IMG/VR virus record: IMGVR_UViG_3300021420_000021
Coordinates: 30,267 to 94,266 of that record
DNA: 64,000 nucleotides
Reading direction: 5' to 3' (one strand)
From: a virus
Shown: piece after piece, positions 18,592 to 28,571 of the stretch
How positions within the stretch are numbered: the first letter of the stretch is position 1
Layout of the letters: the number at the start of each line of letters is the position of its first letter
Position numbers and translations under genes: made by a program
Notes under the pieces: generated by a model
Told to the model about the DNA's origin: nothing
Seen by the model: only the letters and a program-made list of their open reading frames with translations
Database searches by the model: none

Positions 18592-20790
18592 ATGGCAGAC
18601 GAAGTAAGCAATATTCCCGATCAAAGCGCAAGTAGCGGCGCGAATCCTAATACTCAACAACAAGCACAGCAGGATCAGGCTGCGAGTCCGGCTAATTCGA
18701 CTGCTTCGTCTGTTCAGAATCCAGCCCAAGCGCAGGCCCAAACACTGCCTCAAGGCCAAAGTCAGACCGTTACGCCTAAGCCAACACCACAAGCGCCAAA
18801 GCCGAATCCACAGCAAAGCGCTTATCGTGGTATTCTTGAAATGCTTGGTGGCGGGCCAGTTAAATTTAATCATACTGATCCTGAGACGGGGAAAGTTTCG
18901 CAAGTCATCGAACATCGACCTGCAAAAGCCGTAGGAATGGGCATTCTTTCTGCCGCGTTAGCAGGAATGTTTGCAGGCGCAGGACAAACTAGTCTCGCCG
19001 GAGCCGCGCAAGCGGGATCAGCCGTAGGACAAGCAGCGGCACAGAAACCAAGTCAGCAAGCGCAACAGAGAGACGATAAAGCTTATGCGAGTCAAATTGG
19101 TACGACCGATCATAATCTTAAAGTTCATCAGATGATGCTTGCGAATACGCAGCAACAAGGTTCGATTATGCAATCGTCAATTGATGATGCAGAACCGATC
19201 ATCAACTCTCTTGAAAATGCGCAAAAAGACGCGCCGCAACAGTTGATTAAGAAACAAGGTGTGACTGAAGACGAGTTGAATAAAATGCTTCAGGACAAGT
19301 CTGCTCATGTCACTCGCGATTCTGTTCTTCCTGATGGTATGGCCGATGTTTATGATGAAAACGGCAAGCAAGTCATGAATCCTGACGGAACGCCGAAGAA
19401 GACTTTTACATATACAGTATACGATCATAACGGACTTGTAAGTCTTACAGACGAATTACGAAAAGCGAATCCTGAACTCGTATCTGCCGCAGCCGGACAA
19501 CAATTGCCCGTAAAAGCGTTAGCTTCGCTTTGGCGTAAACGCGGAGAATCGTCTGCTGCACAAGGCTATGTCAACGATTTCCAGAAGCGTTTGAAAACAA
19601 TGACCGGACAAGATCAAGAGCCGATTGATCTTAAAGATGCTATCGATAAAGACCCAATTCTCGCAGGAGTCAAACCGATTCTCGGGCGATATGCAGGAAT
19701 GGACCCGGATAAAGCACTCGAAAAAATGCAGACTGATAAAGTTGATCCGAATGTTATCGGATCGTTTCAGCGATTACTTGGAATTAATCAGGGCGATTTG
19801 GCTGAAAGCCGCGCAAAAATAGAACGCGAAGAACGTATTAGAGAAGACGAAGAGAAACAAAAAGCAATATCGGCGCAAACATTACAGCGCGAGAAAGATT
19901 TAGCCGACTATAAGAAAAAGATCGGTATAACATCCGATAATTCATCGATTTCTAACGATACGTCATTCCCACATGAATGGGTTGATTCTAAGTCTGGAAT
20001 GCATTATGATCTTTCTGATCCTATTATGAACATGGTCGAAGGAAATGAAGACCCGACGCAGATGACTAAGAGAAGCAAGTCATATAATCAAGACTTGAAA
20101 ATGGCGAATGCGTATTCGTTTGCTCGATACGGAAAACCGTTTGATCTTGCGCAAGCACAGTCAGATTATAAGTATGCGACTGCGGGCGGAACTCAGAATA
20201 CACTTAAACTTCTTCAATCTTTGACAGGTGACAATAAGAATAATTCCGGAACGTTTAAACAATTAGAAGATAGATTTAATGATTTAGGAAATACACAAAT
20301 TCCTAAAGTCAATAACATCTTTAATTGGCTGTCAACGAACGCGGGCCAACCCGGAGTTCCTGCTTTTGATGCGACTCTTTTGGGCGTTGCTGACGAATAT
20401 GGTAAAATTCTTGGCGGCGGTGTTGCGACAGATTCGTCCAGAAACGAAGCGAAAGAAATTATCAACAAAGCATTTAGCGACCAACAGGGTAAAGCTGCTC
20501 TGAACGCAATTCGTGGCACTTTGGCGAACCGTCAGAATGCAATGGTTGGCGATAATCGCTATTTAGCGAAGCAATATGGTAAGATGGATCAACCGGGCCA
20601 AACCAACCAAACACAGACGCAGAATCAAACACAAGCGCCTGATAAACAGAAGATTATACAAAGTATAACACTTCCCGGAGGCGGACATCCGGTCGATGTA
20701 AAATTCGGGCCAAATGGGTCTATGATCGTGTGGAGCGGTAAAGCTGGCGATTCGTGGATAAATCCGGTCACCAATCAACCAGTAAAGTAA
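18592..20790 (+). CDS. internal virion / ejection protein 2
   Basis: 732 aa, helical, Gln-rich N-terminus, hydrophobic Gly/Ala segment. Confidence 0.55.
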   Translation: MADEVSNIPDQSASSGANPNTQQQAQQDQAASPANSTASSVQNPAQAQAQTLPQGQSQTVTPKPTPQAPKPNPQQSAYRGILEMLGGGPVKFNHTDPETGKVSQVIEHRPAKAVGMGILSAALAGMFAGAGQTSLAGAAQAGSAVGQAAAQKPSQQAQQRDDKAYASQIGTTDHNLKVHQMMLANTQQQGSIMQSSIDDAEPIINSLENAQKDAPQQLIKKQGVTEDELNKMLQDKSAHVTRDSVLPDGMADVYDENGKQVMNPDGTPKKTFTYTVYDHNGLVSLTDELRKANPELVSAAAGQQLPVKALASLWRKRGESSAAQGYVNDFQKRLKTMTGQDQEPIDLKDAIDKDPILAGVKPILGRYAGMDPDKALEKMQTDKVDPNVIGSFQRLLGINQGDLAESRAKIEREERIREDEEKQKAISAQTLQREKDLADYKKKIGITSDNSSISNDTSFPHEWVDSKSGMHYDLSDPIMNMVEGNEDPTQMTKRSKSYNQDLKMANAYSFARYGKPFDLAQAQSDYKYATAGGTQNTLKLLQSLTGDNKNNSGTFKQLEDRFNDLGNTQIPKVNNIFNWLSTNAGQPGVPAFDATLLGVADEYGKILGGGVATDSSRNEAKEIINKAFSDQQGKAALNAIRGTLANRQNAMVGDNRYLAKQYGKMDQPGQTNQTQTQNQTQAPDKQKIIQSITLPGGGHPVDVKFGPNGSMIVWSGKAGDSWINPVTNQPVK

Positions 20791-20802
20791 GTAAGGAGCA
20801 AC

Positions 20803-23800
20803 GTGGGCGATCCTAATGATGTGACAATTCCTCAGCCGCTGGTATCGGGCGCGACTGATCAACCGAATGCGCCACAATCAGGCCAGCCGCAAGCAGCCCC
20901 GCCTGTTCCTGAAGGCTTTTCTGATACACCTGTGTCTTCTGCCCCGGCTGCCCCGGCTGTTCCGGCAGGCTTTTCTGACACGCCACAAACTCAAGATAAT
21001 CCTAATTCTGTTGATCATCACGGTCTTTTATCTCGTGCTTGGGATTGGTTAAATAAGCCAATTGCTGATAATGTCATGCCGAAAGATATGAAAACGGCAG
21101 ATATTATGAAAGCGCTCGCTTATGAGAAATTGTTTGGAAAACCTTATATTCCGGGCGTTAATGATTTCGATACCGCCGAAGAACAACATTTGGGTGAAAG
21201 TCCGACTCGTCATGCTTTGAAGACTTTTATTGCAGGCGCGGCCAAAGATACCGCAAATATGGCGGCGGGATTTACATCTCCACTTCAAGCCGGATTAATG
21301 GCGACAGGTGCAGGCGAAGCCGGATTACTTGGCAAAACCGCAGCTACTATTGCGAAACCTGTTGGCGCGTTAGCCGGAACTGCATTTGCAGGCGCAGGCG
21401 CAGCACAATCTTATCAAGCTGTAAAAGATGCAGTCACAAATGGACTGACTCCAGAAAACACCCAACAAGGGTTGATGGGCGCGTCAATGATTGCCGGAGG
21501 CACAGCCGGAGCAATTAAAGGCGTAAGTCCTGCGATTAGTAAAATTGCCGGATCATTACGTCCAACGACGGAGACTGTCGGTTCGACCGAAGTCCCTGTA
21601 CGTGGTACAGGACTGTTAGCCAGACTCGCACAAAAGACTGTACCTGATACAATGTCAAGATTTGCGAAAGAGCAAACCGGGCCAGCCGTCGCTAAAGGAA
21701 TTGGAACTGTTGCAAAAGAAGCAGCCGGAACCGAAGGAGTTGTTTCTCCAGATCAGCATGATCGTTTGGGTATTCGCGGAGTAGCAGATGAAGTAGCAGA
21801 CAGATCGAAAGCGGTATTCCAGAAATTAGATGAAGTTTCTGGTAATATGTTGTCAGAAGCGCAAACGATGGCCGATGACGCATCGGGAGATTATTCAAGT
21901 GCAGGACGAAAAGAATATCGTCAAGCAATGGATTTGCAAGATGCAATTTTTGATAACTATAAGAATCATTCTGAACTTCAAGGAATGGACTTAGATCAAG
22001 CGAAAGCTGATTGGCGGCAACAAGTTGCTTTACGTGAGATAAGTAAAAAGCTGACAGGCGGGACCGAAGCTTCGGAATCGGGGGCGCAAGATTATCAATT
22101 TAAGCAAGGAAAGCAATTAGCCGAATCAGTCGATTCGCTCGTAAAGAATGATAAAGATGTTTTACAGAGAGCCGGATTTAACGAAGATCATATTGATCAG
22201 TTACAAAAATTCGGGCGAATAATCCGTGAACAAGGAAATACACCTAAGTTCTCTGGTTATATGGGCGGGATTGCAAAAGCTCTTGCCGGATTGACTGGAG
22301 CGCATTTTCAAGGTGCTGGCGGCGCACTTGGCGGTGTTGTAGCAGAAACAGCGGCAGAACACGCGGGCGGCTGGTTAGCAGATCGAATGCTTGGTAAAGT
22401 TTTGACAACGCCAGCGGCATTGCCGATTTTGACTGAAGGATTAAGCAAGAATATCGACCCCGCGATAGTTACGAATCAATTAAAATCTGCGATTGCGACG
22501 GCTGATCCGGGATGGGCTGCAAAGACGGGCGAAATATTGTCTAATTTGTGGCATGATGAATCAGGTAATTTAACAATTCCCGGAACTGGACAGACTGTCG
22601 GAACTGCCGAAGGCGCAAAAGCCGATACAGCCTTTTTTCAACAAGCAAAAGATGAATTGGGCGAAGATGCGTCTTTTTCCGATGTCGCAAAACGTGCTCA
22701 AGAAATGAAGACGCAAGCGAATCTTTCTGGACCCGGCGCAGAAGGCGCAGGATCAGTTGAAGCGATTAATCGGGCGAATACAGAGAAAGCGCAAGGAGTT
22801 AAACGAGTCGTCGTCGATACAAGAACCGGACAAGAACGACCGTTAATTGGTGTTGACGCAGTTGATTATCAAGCAAAGCCGTATGAATCAGTTGAATTTC
22901 GAGGCGGCGACAGAGATGGCGAAATAATCGATCAGGGCCGATCTGCGCGTGCATACGAACGAAAGTATTCGGGCGAAGAACGACGTGGAATTGAACGCAA
23001 GACGATGAATGCGGCTGAATTAGAAGATGCTATGAAGAATCGTAAGCCGATTCACACGCCGTTTAACGATACCGAAGGCGCGATGGCAACGATTGCACGC
23101 GATCAGAACATGCCGAAGCATCCGGGCGAAAGAACTGTTGCCGAAGAAGCGCAAGCAGCGGCGCACCATGAAAACGGCGGATCGACATTTAGTCCGGAAG
23201 GTCAGAACCTTAATGGAGTCGATAAATATTCTGTTGGCTCTTATCCAGAGCGAACAGAGCAATCGGACATTCTTACGCCTAATAGTCTGAAGGCTTTTAA
23301 AGATAGAAATGCTGATCTGTTGAATCAGCCCGATCACGCGGTTGGAACTTGGAAAGATACAGATACCGGAAAACATGTTCTTGATGTTGCAAAACTTTAC
23401 GACGACAGAGATGCCGCGATTGCTGCCGGACAAGCCGCTAACCAAAAGAGTATTTATCATCTCGGAACTGGCGAACTTGTCGATACAGGCGGAACTGGAG
23501 AAACCCCCACTGGACGTGTCGGACAAAGAAAGCCGACCGGGAAAGCCGAAGCGGGCCACGATCCAAGTCTTAACCTCGGCATGGATGTCATAAATAAAGC
23601 CGGGGCCGATAAACCTGAATATCTTCAGAAACTGGCCGACAAAGTTGCTCAATATCCGACGATGAAATATGCTCCTGAAGGCGCAGACGAATCGTTTGAT
23701 CCTGAAGCAATGGCGACGACTGATCCGCACAAGATTTTGAATAATTTCGTAAAGCAAGCCGCCGATAATATTGAATGGTTGCATAATCAAGTTCCGCCCG

Positions 23801-24951
23801 ATATCAGAGAAATGTCGAAGAACTGGTATGATTCTGCGAACAAGATGACGAAAGACCAAGCTGAAAAGTATGGAATTTCACATCCGCAAGCCGCAGCCGT
23901 GACAGCCGTTCTTTCGCCGCAGAATCCTTGGGATAATAACATCTCATTGGCGAACCGAGTTCTTGATGTTTGGAAGAACCGACAGAATTTCAAATGGTCG
24001 CCCGAGATGTCTAAGAAAGCGGCCAGTTTACTCGGCCAATCAAAGAATATCGATGACGCTTTAGAACTTATACATGGTAAAACGTTTGCACAATTGAAAG
24101 ACGCAGACCCGGAAACCGAAGCCGCGATGAAAGGACTTTGGACTCGGATTTACGACGAAGCGCACAACCCAAGAACGTTTGAGCGATGGGCACCAGATGG
24201 TACGACTCGGGGAATCGCCCGTAACGCGGGCGGAAGTCCGGCGAATGCATCTTGGTTCTCGATTCTTCCTATCTCCAAGGCAATCAGTGTCTTAGAAGAT
24301 GGATCAATGGATAATATTCACGAACAATTGGGCGATGCTCATAAAGTTCGTAATTTTTATAATAATATCATTGACCCGAACTCAAAAATGGGCGATACTA
24401 CTGTTGATACACATGCGGTAGGAGTTGCGCACTTAAGCCCTTATAGTTTAGACGCACAAGAAGTGAAAGATAACTTCGGCGGATCGAGTCATAAGAATGC
24501 GAAATTCGGGCTAAAAGGCACTTATCCGCTTTATGCTGAAGCGTATAAACAAGCGGCTGACAGATTGGGAATTTTGCCCCGACAGTTACAGTCGATCACT
24601 TGGGAAGGAATTCGGTCGTTATTTAAAGACAAGAGTCCTGAACTGCAAGGCGCGGTTCGCGATATCTGGAAGGATCATCAAGATGGCAATATCACAATCG
24701 ATGACGCAAGAAAACGGATTATCGAAGCCGCAGGCGGATTCAAGCCGACCGACTGGCAATCCGATATTGGCGCTAATGAAGAAGCTGAACAGCCCGCAAA
24801 CGCGACAGGCGTACCTCGAACTGGCGTATCTCAAGAAGAACCCCAAACTCAGTCCAGAGGAAGAAGCCGAACTTCCGGAGCAGTTTCAACTTCCGGAAAT
24901 CGACAAAGCCAAATCGAAAACGTCTACAAAGCAGTAACGGGCGGAAAATAA
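20803..24951 (+). CDS. large internal virion / ejection protein 3 with C-terminal enzymatic-looking domain
   Basis: 1382 aa; Gly/Ala membrane-like segments; C-terminal WY...AAVTAVLSPQNPW...HKVRNFYNNI...TVDTHA...LQSITW. Confidence 0.65.
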   Translation: MGDPNDVTIPQPLVSGATDQPNAPQSGQPQAAPPVPEGFSDTPVSSAPAAPAVPAGFSDTPQTQDNPNSVDHHGLLSRAWDWLNKPIADNVMPKDMKTADIMKALAYEKLFGKPYIPGVNDFDTAEEQHLGESPTRHALKTFIAGAAKDTANMAAGFTSPLQAGLMATGAGEAGLLGKTAATIAKPVGALAGTAFAGAGAAQSYQAVKDAVTNGLTPENTQQGLMGASMIAGGTAGAIKGVSPAISKIAGSLRPTTETVGSTEVPVRGTGLLARLAQKTVPDTMSRFAKEQTGPAVAKGIGTVAKEAAGTEGVVSPDQHDRLGIRGVADEVADRSKAVFQKLDEVSGNMLSEAQTMADDASGDYSSAGRKEYRQAMDLQDAIFDNYKNHSELQGMDLDQAKADWRQQVALREISKKLTGGTEASESGAQDYQFKQGKQLAESVDSLVKNDKDVLQRAGFNEDHIDQLQKFGRIIREQGNTPKFSGYMGGIAKALAGLTGAHFQGAGGALGGVVAETAAEHAGGWLADRMLGKVLTTPAALPILTEGLSKNIDPAIVTNQLKSAIATADPGWAAKTGEILSNLWHDESGNLTIPGTGQTVGTAEGAKADTAFFQQAKDELGEDASFSDVAKRAQEMKTQANLSGPGAEGAGSVEAINRANTEKAQGVKRVVVDTRTGQERPLIGVDAVDYQAKPYESVEFRGGDRDGEIIDQGRSARAYERKYSGEERRGIERKTMNAAELEDAMKNRKPIHTPFNDTEGAMATIARDQNMPKHPGERTVAEEAQAAAHHENGGSTFSPEGQNLNGVDKYSVGSYPERTEQSDILTPNSLKAFKDRNADLLNQPDHAVGTWKDTDTGKHVLDVAKLYDDRDAAIAAGQAANQKSIYHLGTGELVDTGGTGETPTGRVGQRKPTGKAEAGHDPSLNLGMDVINKAGADKPEYLQKLADKVAQYPTMKYAPEGADESFDPEAMATTDPHKILNNFVKQAADNIEWLHNQVPPDIREMSKNWYDSANKMTKDQAEKYGISHPQAAAVTAVLSPQNPWDNNISLANRVLDVWKNRQNFKWSPEMSKKAASLLGQSKNIDDALELIHGKTFAQLKDADPETEAAMKGLWTRIYDEAHNPRTFERWAPDGTTRGIARNAGGSPANASWFSILPISKAISVLEDGSMDNIHEQLGDAHKVRNFYNNIIDPNSKMGDTTVDTHAVGVAHLSPYSLDAQEVKDNFGGSSHKNAKFGLKGTYPLYAEAYKQAADRLGILPRQLQSITWEGIRSLFKDKSPELQGAVRDIWKDHQDGNITIDDARKRIIEAAGGFKPTDWQSDIGANEEAEQPANATGVPRTGVSQEEPQTQSRGRSRTSGAVSTSGNRQSQIENVYKAVTGGK
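24683..24937 (+). CDS. small overprinted ORF (+1 frame) inside the end of ejection protein 3
   Basis: SD GGAAGGA 8 nt before ATG 24683; protein-like NPILALMKKLNSPQTRQAYLELAY...LSPEEEAELPEQFQ while the host frame is low-complexity. Confidence 0.5.
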   Translation: MAISQSMTQENGLSKPQADSSRPTGNPILALMKKLNSPQTRQAYLELAYLKKNPKLSPEEEAELPEQFQLPEIDKAKSKTSTKQ

Positions 24952-24954
24952 AGC

Positions 24955-24983
24955 TTGACAAGATTCGCCCGATTTGATAAAGT
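24955..24983 (+). promoter_or_regulatory. sigma70-like promoter
   Basis: TTGACA-17 bp-TAAAGT with TG extension. Confidence 0.7.
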
Positions 24984-24990
24984 TGTAATT

Positions 24991-25068
24991 GGTGTGCTGC
25001 CGAGCCATTGCGCAAATCGAGCAGAGGCGCGGGTGGTGCCTAGGCGTGAGCCGGAACCACCACAATTT
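24991..25068 (+). ncRNA. candidate small structured RNA / leader
   Basis: GC-rich island starting at the predicted TSS; GGTGGT.CC/GG.ACCACC stem capped by GGC-GTGA-GCC, then ACAATTTT. Confidence 0.4.
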
Positions 25069-25080
25069 TACTTTGTATAA

Positions 25081-25128
25081 CGGAAACTCAGAGCCTAAAG
25101 CTTTGGGTTTCCGGACCAATTTAGGAGG
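25081..25128 (+). promoter_or_regulatory. SD-overlapping pseudoknot element (copy 3, weaker)
   Basis: 13-bp stem 25081-25093/25101-25113; loop CCTAAAG can pair with TTTAGG (25120-25125) of SD AGGAGG. Confidence 0.55.
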
Positions 25129-25132
25129 ATTT

Positions 25133-25564
25133 ATGCTCAAACCGGAAGACTATTTAAAGAGCCAAGTTGTTGAAGTTGCTTGGAAATTCGGGCAAAGTTA
25201 TAATTCCGGACATTTGGCCGGATTGATGGTCATGAACGTTCTGTCGAATCGATTTAAAGCAGGCTTTGGATCGTATTTATCGATTCTTGAGACGATTCCA
25301 AACTTTATGGCCGAGAGTGAAATTCCGCCAATGAAATTAGATTCTGTTTGGAATCCTTTGTTTACAAAGCTGCTTCATGGGATTGAGGGCGCGTTTGACG
25401 GATCGGCGCAAGATTTGACAAAAGGTGCTTTATATTGGGGCGATCTTAATCGCATACAAAATCCGTGGTTTCAAGCTAAGATAATCGACGCTGTTGATGT
25501 AGTTACAGGTTTGCGCCGACATCCGATTGTGATGAATTCAAATAGTCTTAGTTTCTTCAAATAA
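25133..25564 (+). CDS. SleB/Hydrolase_2-like cell wall hydrolase homologue
   Basis: V..V..NR, DLTKGALYW, NPWF pattern; the expected catalytic Glu is not evident. Confidence 0.5.
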   Translation: MLKPEDYLKSQVVEVAWKFGQSYNSGHLAGLMVMNVLSNRFKAGFGSYLSILETIPNFMAESEIPPMKLDSVWNPLFTKLLHGIEGAFDGSAQDLTKGALYWGDLNRIQNPWFQAKIIDAVDVVTGLRRHPIVMNSNSLSFFK

Positions 25565-25728
25565 TTTATGCTTACTGAATGCTATATTCGTGATCAATAT
25601 GAAACAGAATTGGTCTTTTTGTGCGTGTCGGCAGAAATTGCGCGACAATTGCAAAGAGATTTACTTGTTACTGCGTTTAACTGGACAGAACAGGATATAG
25701 CTGATGGATTTAAAATTTAGGAGGATTT

Positions 25729-26046
25729 TTGCAAGCACGAATACGCGATTACGAAGAAATTCTTACGCTTCAGGAAAAGGCAATCGAAGCGTTAAAATCT
25801 ACGGCAGAAGTTTTGCAACAAGCTTTATACGTGTTAGAACGAGCGCGGGCCGAACACGGATATCAGCAACAAATGCCGTGGAATCAACCACAACAGGCAT
25901 ATTATATTTATCCGAGTAGCAGCGGTCCCGGAACGGCTTATGGTGGCGGAATGAATGTGAACAATCAAGCAGGTAATCAGCTTGTGCAATACAATACGGT
26001 GAAAGAGAATTTTGAGTATGTTCCAGAAACTATTTACAAGTATTAA
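25729..26046 (+). CDS. hypothetical coiled-coil protein
   Basis: SD AGGAGG plus TTG. Confidence 0.55.
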   Translation: MQARIRDYEEILTLQEKAIEALKSTAEVLQQALYVLERARAEHGYQQQMPWNQPQQAYYIYPSSSGPGTAYGGGMNVNNQAGNQLVQYNTVKENFEYVPETIYKY

Positions 26047-26368
26047 AGCTTTTCCTCACATTAAAGAAGCACTTTCGGAAAATGGGCGCGGAAGCTTCAG
26101 TCGATACGCATGTGCTTTTATTCTTATTAACGCGACTGCTTGGGTTTGGTATATGATTTTTAAGACTCATGTTTTGCCCGATTTTTCTTCGCTCGCGATG
26201 TATGTTCCGGCAACTTTGGCAACACTTTACGGGTCAAATCAAGTCAAGAACGTTGTGACCGCTTGGAAAGGCGGAAAACCGGAAGATGACGGAAGTAAAA
26301 TAGAAGATAAAGACGATAAAGATTCGAAGAAAATACTTGACAACGACGATAAACAGCAATATACTTAA
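26012..26368 (+). CDS. holin-like membrane protein
   Basis: Two hydrophobic segments, charged C-terminal tail, near the hydrolase gene. Confidence 0.5.
   Translation: MSMFQKLFTSIKAFPHIKEALSENGRGSFSRYACAFILINATAWVWYMIFKTHVLPDFSSLAMYVPATLATLYGSNQVKNVVTAWKGGKPEDDGSKIEDKDDKDSKKILDNDDKQQYT
26337..26365 (+). promoter_or_regulatory. sigma70-like promoter
   Basis: TTGACA-17 bp-TATACT, with ATG 26372 immediately after (possibly leaderless). Confidence 0.7.
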
Positions 26369-26371
26369 AAT

Positions 26372-26566
26372 ATGCAACCTTGGGAAACTAAACTCGAAGA
26401 CCCAAAAGAACTCATGTTAGAAGATATGAGGTTTATTGCAAAAAGCGTTAATATCGTGACGCGTAATTACTACCGATGTCATGGACGTTTTAGAGAGCGC
26501 GATTGGCAGTGGTTTTTCCCTACTTTTAAAGATTTTGTACGTGCGGCAAAAGAAACTGAAAGGTGA
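26372..26566 (+). CDS. hypothetical protein
   Basis: Directly after the promoter; GTGA overlap with the next gene. Confidence 0.5.
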   Translation: MQPWETKLEDPKELMLEDMRFIAKSVNIVTRNYYRCHGRFRERDWQWFFPTFKDFVRAAKETER

Positions 26567-27423
26567 TAATGGACGAGCAGTCATCGACTTTCAATAAACT
26601 TGAGATTATACAAAGTAAATTACAAGACTACGAGCCGACTGTAACCGAGTCGATGATTATTGCGGGCGAAGCGCGATATTTGAGTTGGGATTTTACACAT
26701 GTAAATATTCCACAGCTAGATTTGCTGCAAATAACCGACGTACAGTTCGGGCACAAACAATGCAAAGTCAGCAAGTTACAAGAGTACGTTGATTGGGTTC
26801 TTGATCAACCGCAGCGATATGTAGTTCTTGGCGGCGATCTTGTTGACGCCGGACATGTTCAAAGTAAAGGCAGTCCGTTTGAACAGATTGGTGATCCGCA
26901 GGAAGAAGCGTGGAGCTTTTGTGATATTATCGCGCCGATCCGACATAGAGTTTTAGGTTATGTCGGCGGAAATCACGAACGAAGATCGATTCCGACTTTT
27001 GGCGATCTTGGAAAGACGATTGCAACGATTTTGAAAGTGCCGTATTCGCCCGGTAAGCAACATCTTGACATCACATTTGGTGATCACAAGCCGTTTAAGA
27101 TTTCGATGCATCATTCCGGATCCGGAGGCGGCGGGACGGTCGGAGCTTTAGCAAATAGTCTCGGTCGATTGATGTCGCAAGGCGATTCACAGCTTTATCT
27201 TTGCGGACATTTACATCGAGCGATGGTGCTTACAGATTTTCGCGAATATAGAAACGGCGCAGGAGAAATGAAATTACAGAAAGTTGTTGGTGCAAGAGGT
27301 TCGTCGTTCTTGGGACACTATGGCACGTACAGCGAAATTATCATGGGAACTTCGCCGCAAGCAGTAATGATGCCACTGGTGACAATTGAAAAGAACGGGC
27401 ACTGGAGTGTAAATACGAAATAG
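26563..27423 (+). CDS. calcineurin-like metallophosphoesterase
   Basis: TDVQFG, GGDLVD, GNHE, HH, GHLH motifs. Confidence 0.85.
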   Translation: MIMDEQSSTFNKLEIIQSKLQDYEPTVTESMIIAGEARYLSWDFTHVNIPQLDLLQITDVQFGHKQCKVSKLQEYVDWVLDQPQRYVVLGGDLVDAGHVQSKGSPFEQIGDPQEEAWSFCDIIAPIRHRVLGYVGGNHERRSIPTFGDLGKTIATILKVPYSPGKQHLDITFGDHKPFKISMHHSGSGGGGTVGALANSLGRLMSQGDSQLYLCGHLHRAMVLTDFREYRNGAGEMKLQKVVGARGSSFLGHYGTYSEIIMGTSPQAVMMPLVTIEKNGHWSVNTK

Positions 27424-27496
27424 GAAATCTATGAAAGATACAATGGGCAGTATTTCAAGTAATTTTAAATAAAATCACGTATTCTGAGGAGGATAT

Positions 27497-27745
27497 ATGA
27501 GCGACGAACACAATCACGAAGAACAACCGAGAGAGCATATTAAACTAGACGGATCAATGGGCGTTGGCGAAAATGCTTTATTGACGATTATCACAAAAGA
27601 CGATCTTCATGGCGAACTTGAAGAGACTTATCAATTCCCGTTTGCTTTGATCAATTTTTCGACACTCAATACTTGTCTCGCTTATAACTTTTTGCGCGGA
27701 TTTAAGATCGTCCGGCAAGAGAAAGTTAAAGAGGAAGTTCTGTGA
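27497..27745 (+). CDS. hypothetical protein
   Basis: SD GAGGAGG. Confidence 0.6.
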   Translation: MSDEHNHEEQPREHIKLDGSMGVGENALLTIITKDDLHGELEETYQFPFALINFSTLNTCLAYNFLRGFKIVRQEKVKEEVL

Positions 27746-28131
27746 AATTCTTCTCTTTGTCTAAAGACGGCGGCGCTGAATCTCATGTCACAGGATTTTT
27801 CTTCGTAGAGATTAAGAAACTATTCTCTATTGTTCTATTGCATTTCGCCAATGGAACACGAGACGCATATCACAGTCATGCATTTAACGCTGTGACTTGG
27901 GTCATTAAAGGCGAGTTCCAAGAGCACATGCTTGATGGAAAAGTCAATATTTTTAAGCCAAGTTTTAGACCGAAAATTACACCGCGTTCGACGTTTCATA
28001 AAGTCAAAAGTGTCGGATCAACTTGGGCGATTTCATTTCGCGGTCCTTGGGTTAATACATGGCGTGAATATTTGCCGAGCAGTAAATCGTTTGTGACTTT
28101 GACTCACGGTCGTAAGGTCGTGGCGTCATGA
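27742..28131 (+). CDS. cupin-fold protein
   Basis: YHSHAF...G...E...FHKV cupin metal motif. Confidence 0.6.
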   Translation: MKFFSLSKDGGAESHVTGFFFVEIKKLFSIVLLHFANGTRDAYHSHAFNAVTWVIKGEFQEHMLDGKVNIFKPSFRPKITPRSTFHKVKSVGSTWAISFRGPWVNTWREYLPSSKSFVTLTHGRKVVAS

Positions 28132-28571
28132 AAATATATTTAGCCGCAGCGTGGTCAAGACGCGAAGAGATTTCTCGTGTTGCGGACCGTCTTCGCACTG
28201 TTGGTATTGAGATAACGTCGAATTGGCTGACTGAAGAGACAGCATTACAAACGGTCGCGAAAGAAAAGTTTCTTCGGGATCGAGCGTATATTGATTTGGC
28301 CGATGTAGATCGGGCCGATGCGCTAGTTCGGTTTACTGATCCAGAAGCAATCACAATAAGTGCTGAAGCTATTCCACGGTGTTTGCTTTCTGGTGCTCGA
28401 ATGGTCGAAATGGGCTATGCTTTGGCGAAAGGTAAGACAGTTTACGTCGTTGGTGGCAAACAGAACGTATTCGATAGAATTGGTTCGATTATACATGTAC
28501 AAGATACCGATGCGCTAGTGAAATTGTTATCTCAGGAGGATCATGAACGAAGTTCAAGCGCCGAAGTCTAA
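28128..28571 (+). CDS. nucleoside 2-deoxyribosyltransferase-like protein
   Basis: KIYLAA, DLADVDRAD, GARMVEMGYALAKGK. Confidence 0.75.
   Translation: MKIYLAAAWSRREEISRVADRLRTVGIEITSNWLTEETALQTVAKEKFLRDRAYIDLADVDRADALVRFTDPEAITISAEAIPRCLLSGARMVEMGYALAKGKTVYVVGGKQNVFDRIGSIIHVQDTDALVKLLSQEDHERSSSAEV

Noticed and set aside
23020-23859. 279-aa minus-strand ORF
   Set aside because: Antisense shadow of the ejection protein; no SD or motifs
24991-25062. tRNA (72 nt ending CCA)
   Set aside because: No 7-bp acceptor stem, no TTC T-loop, no anticodon arm
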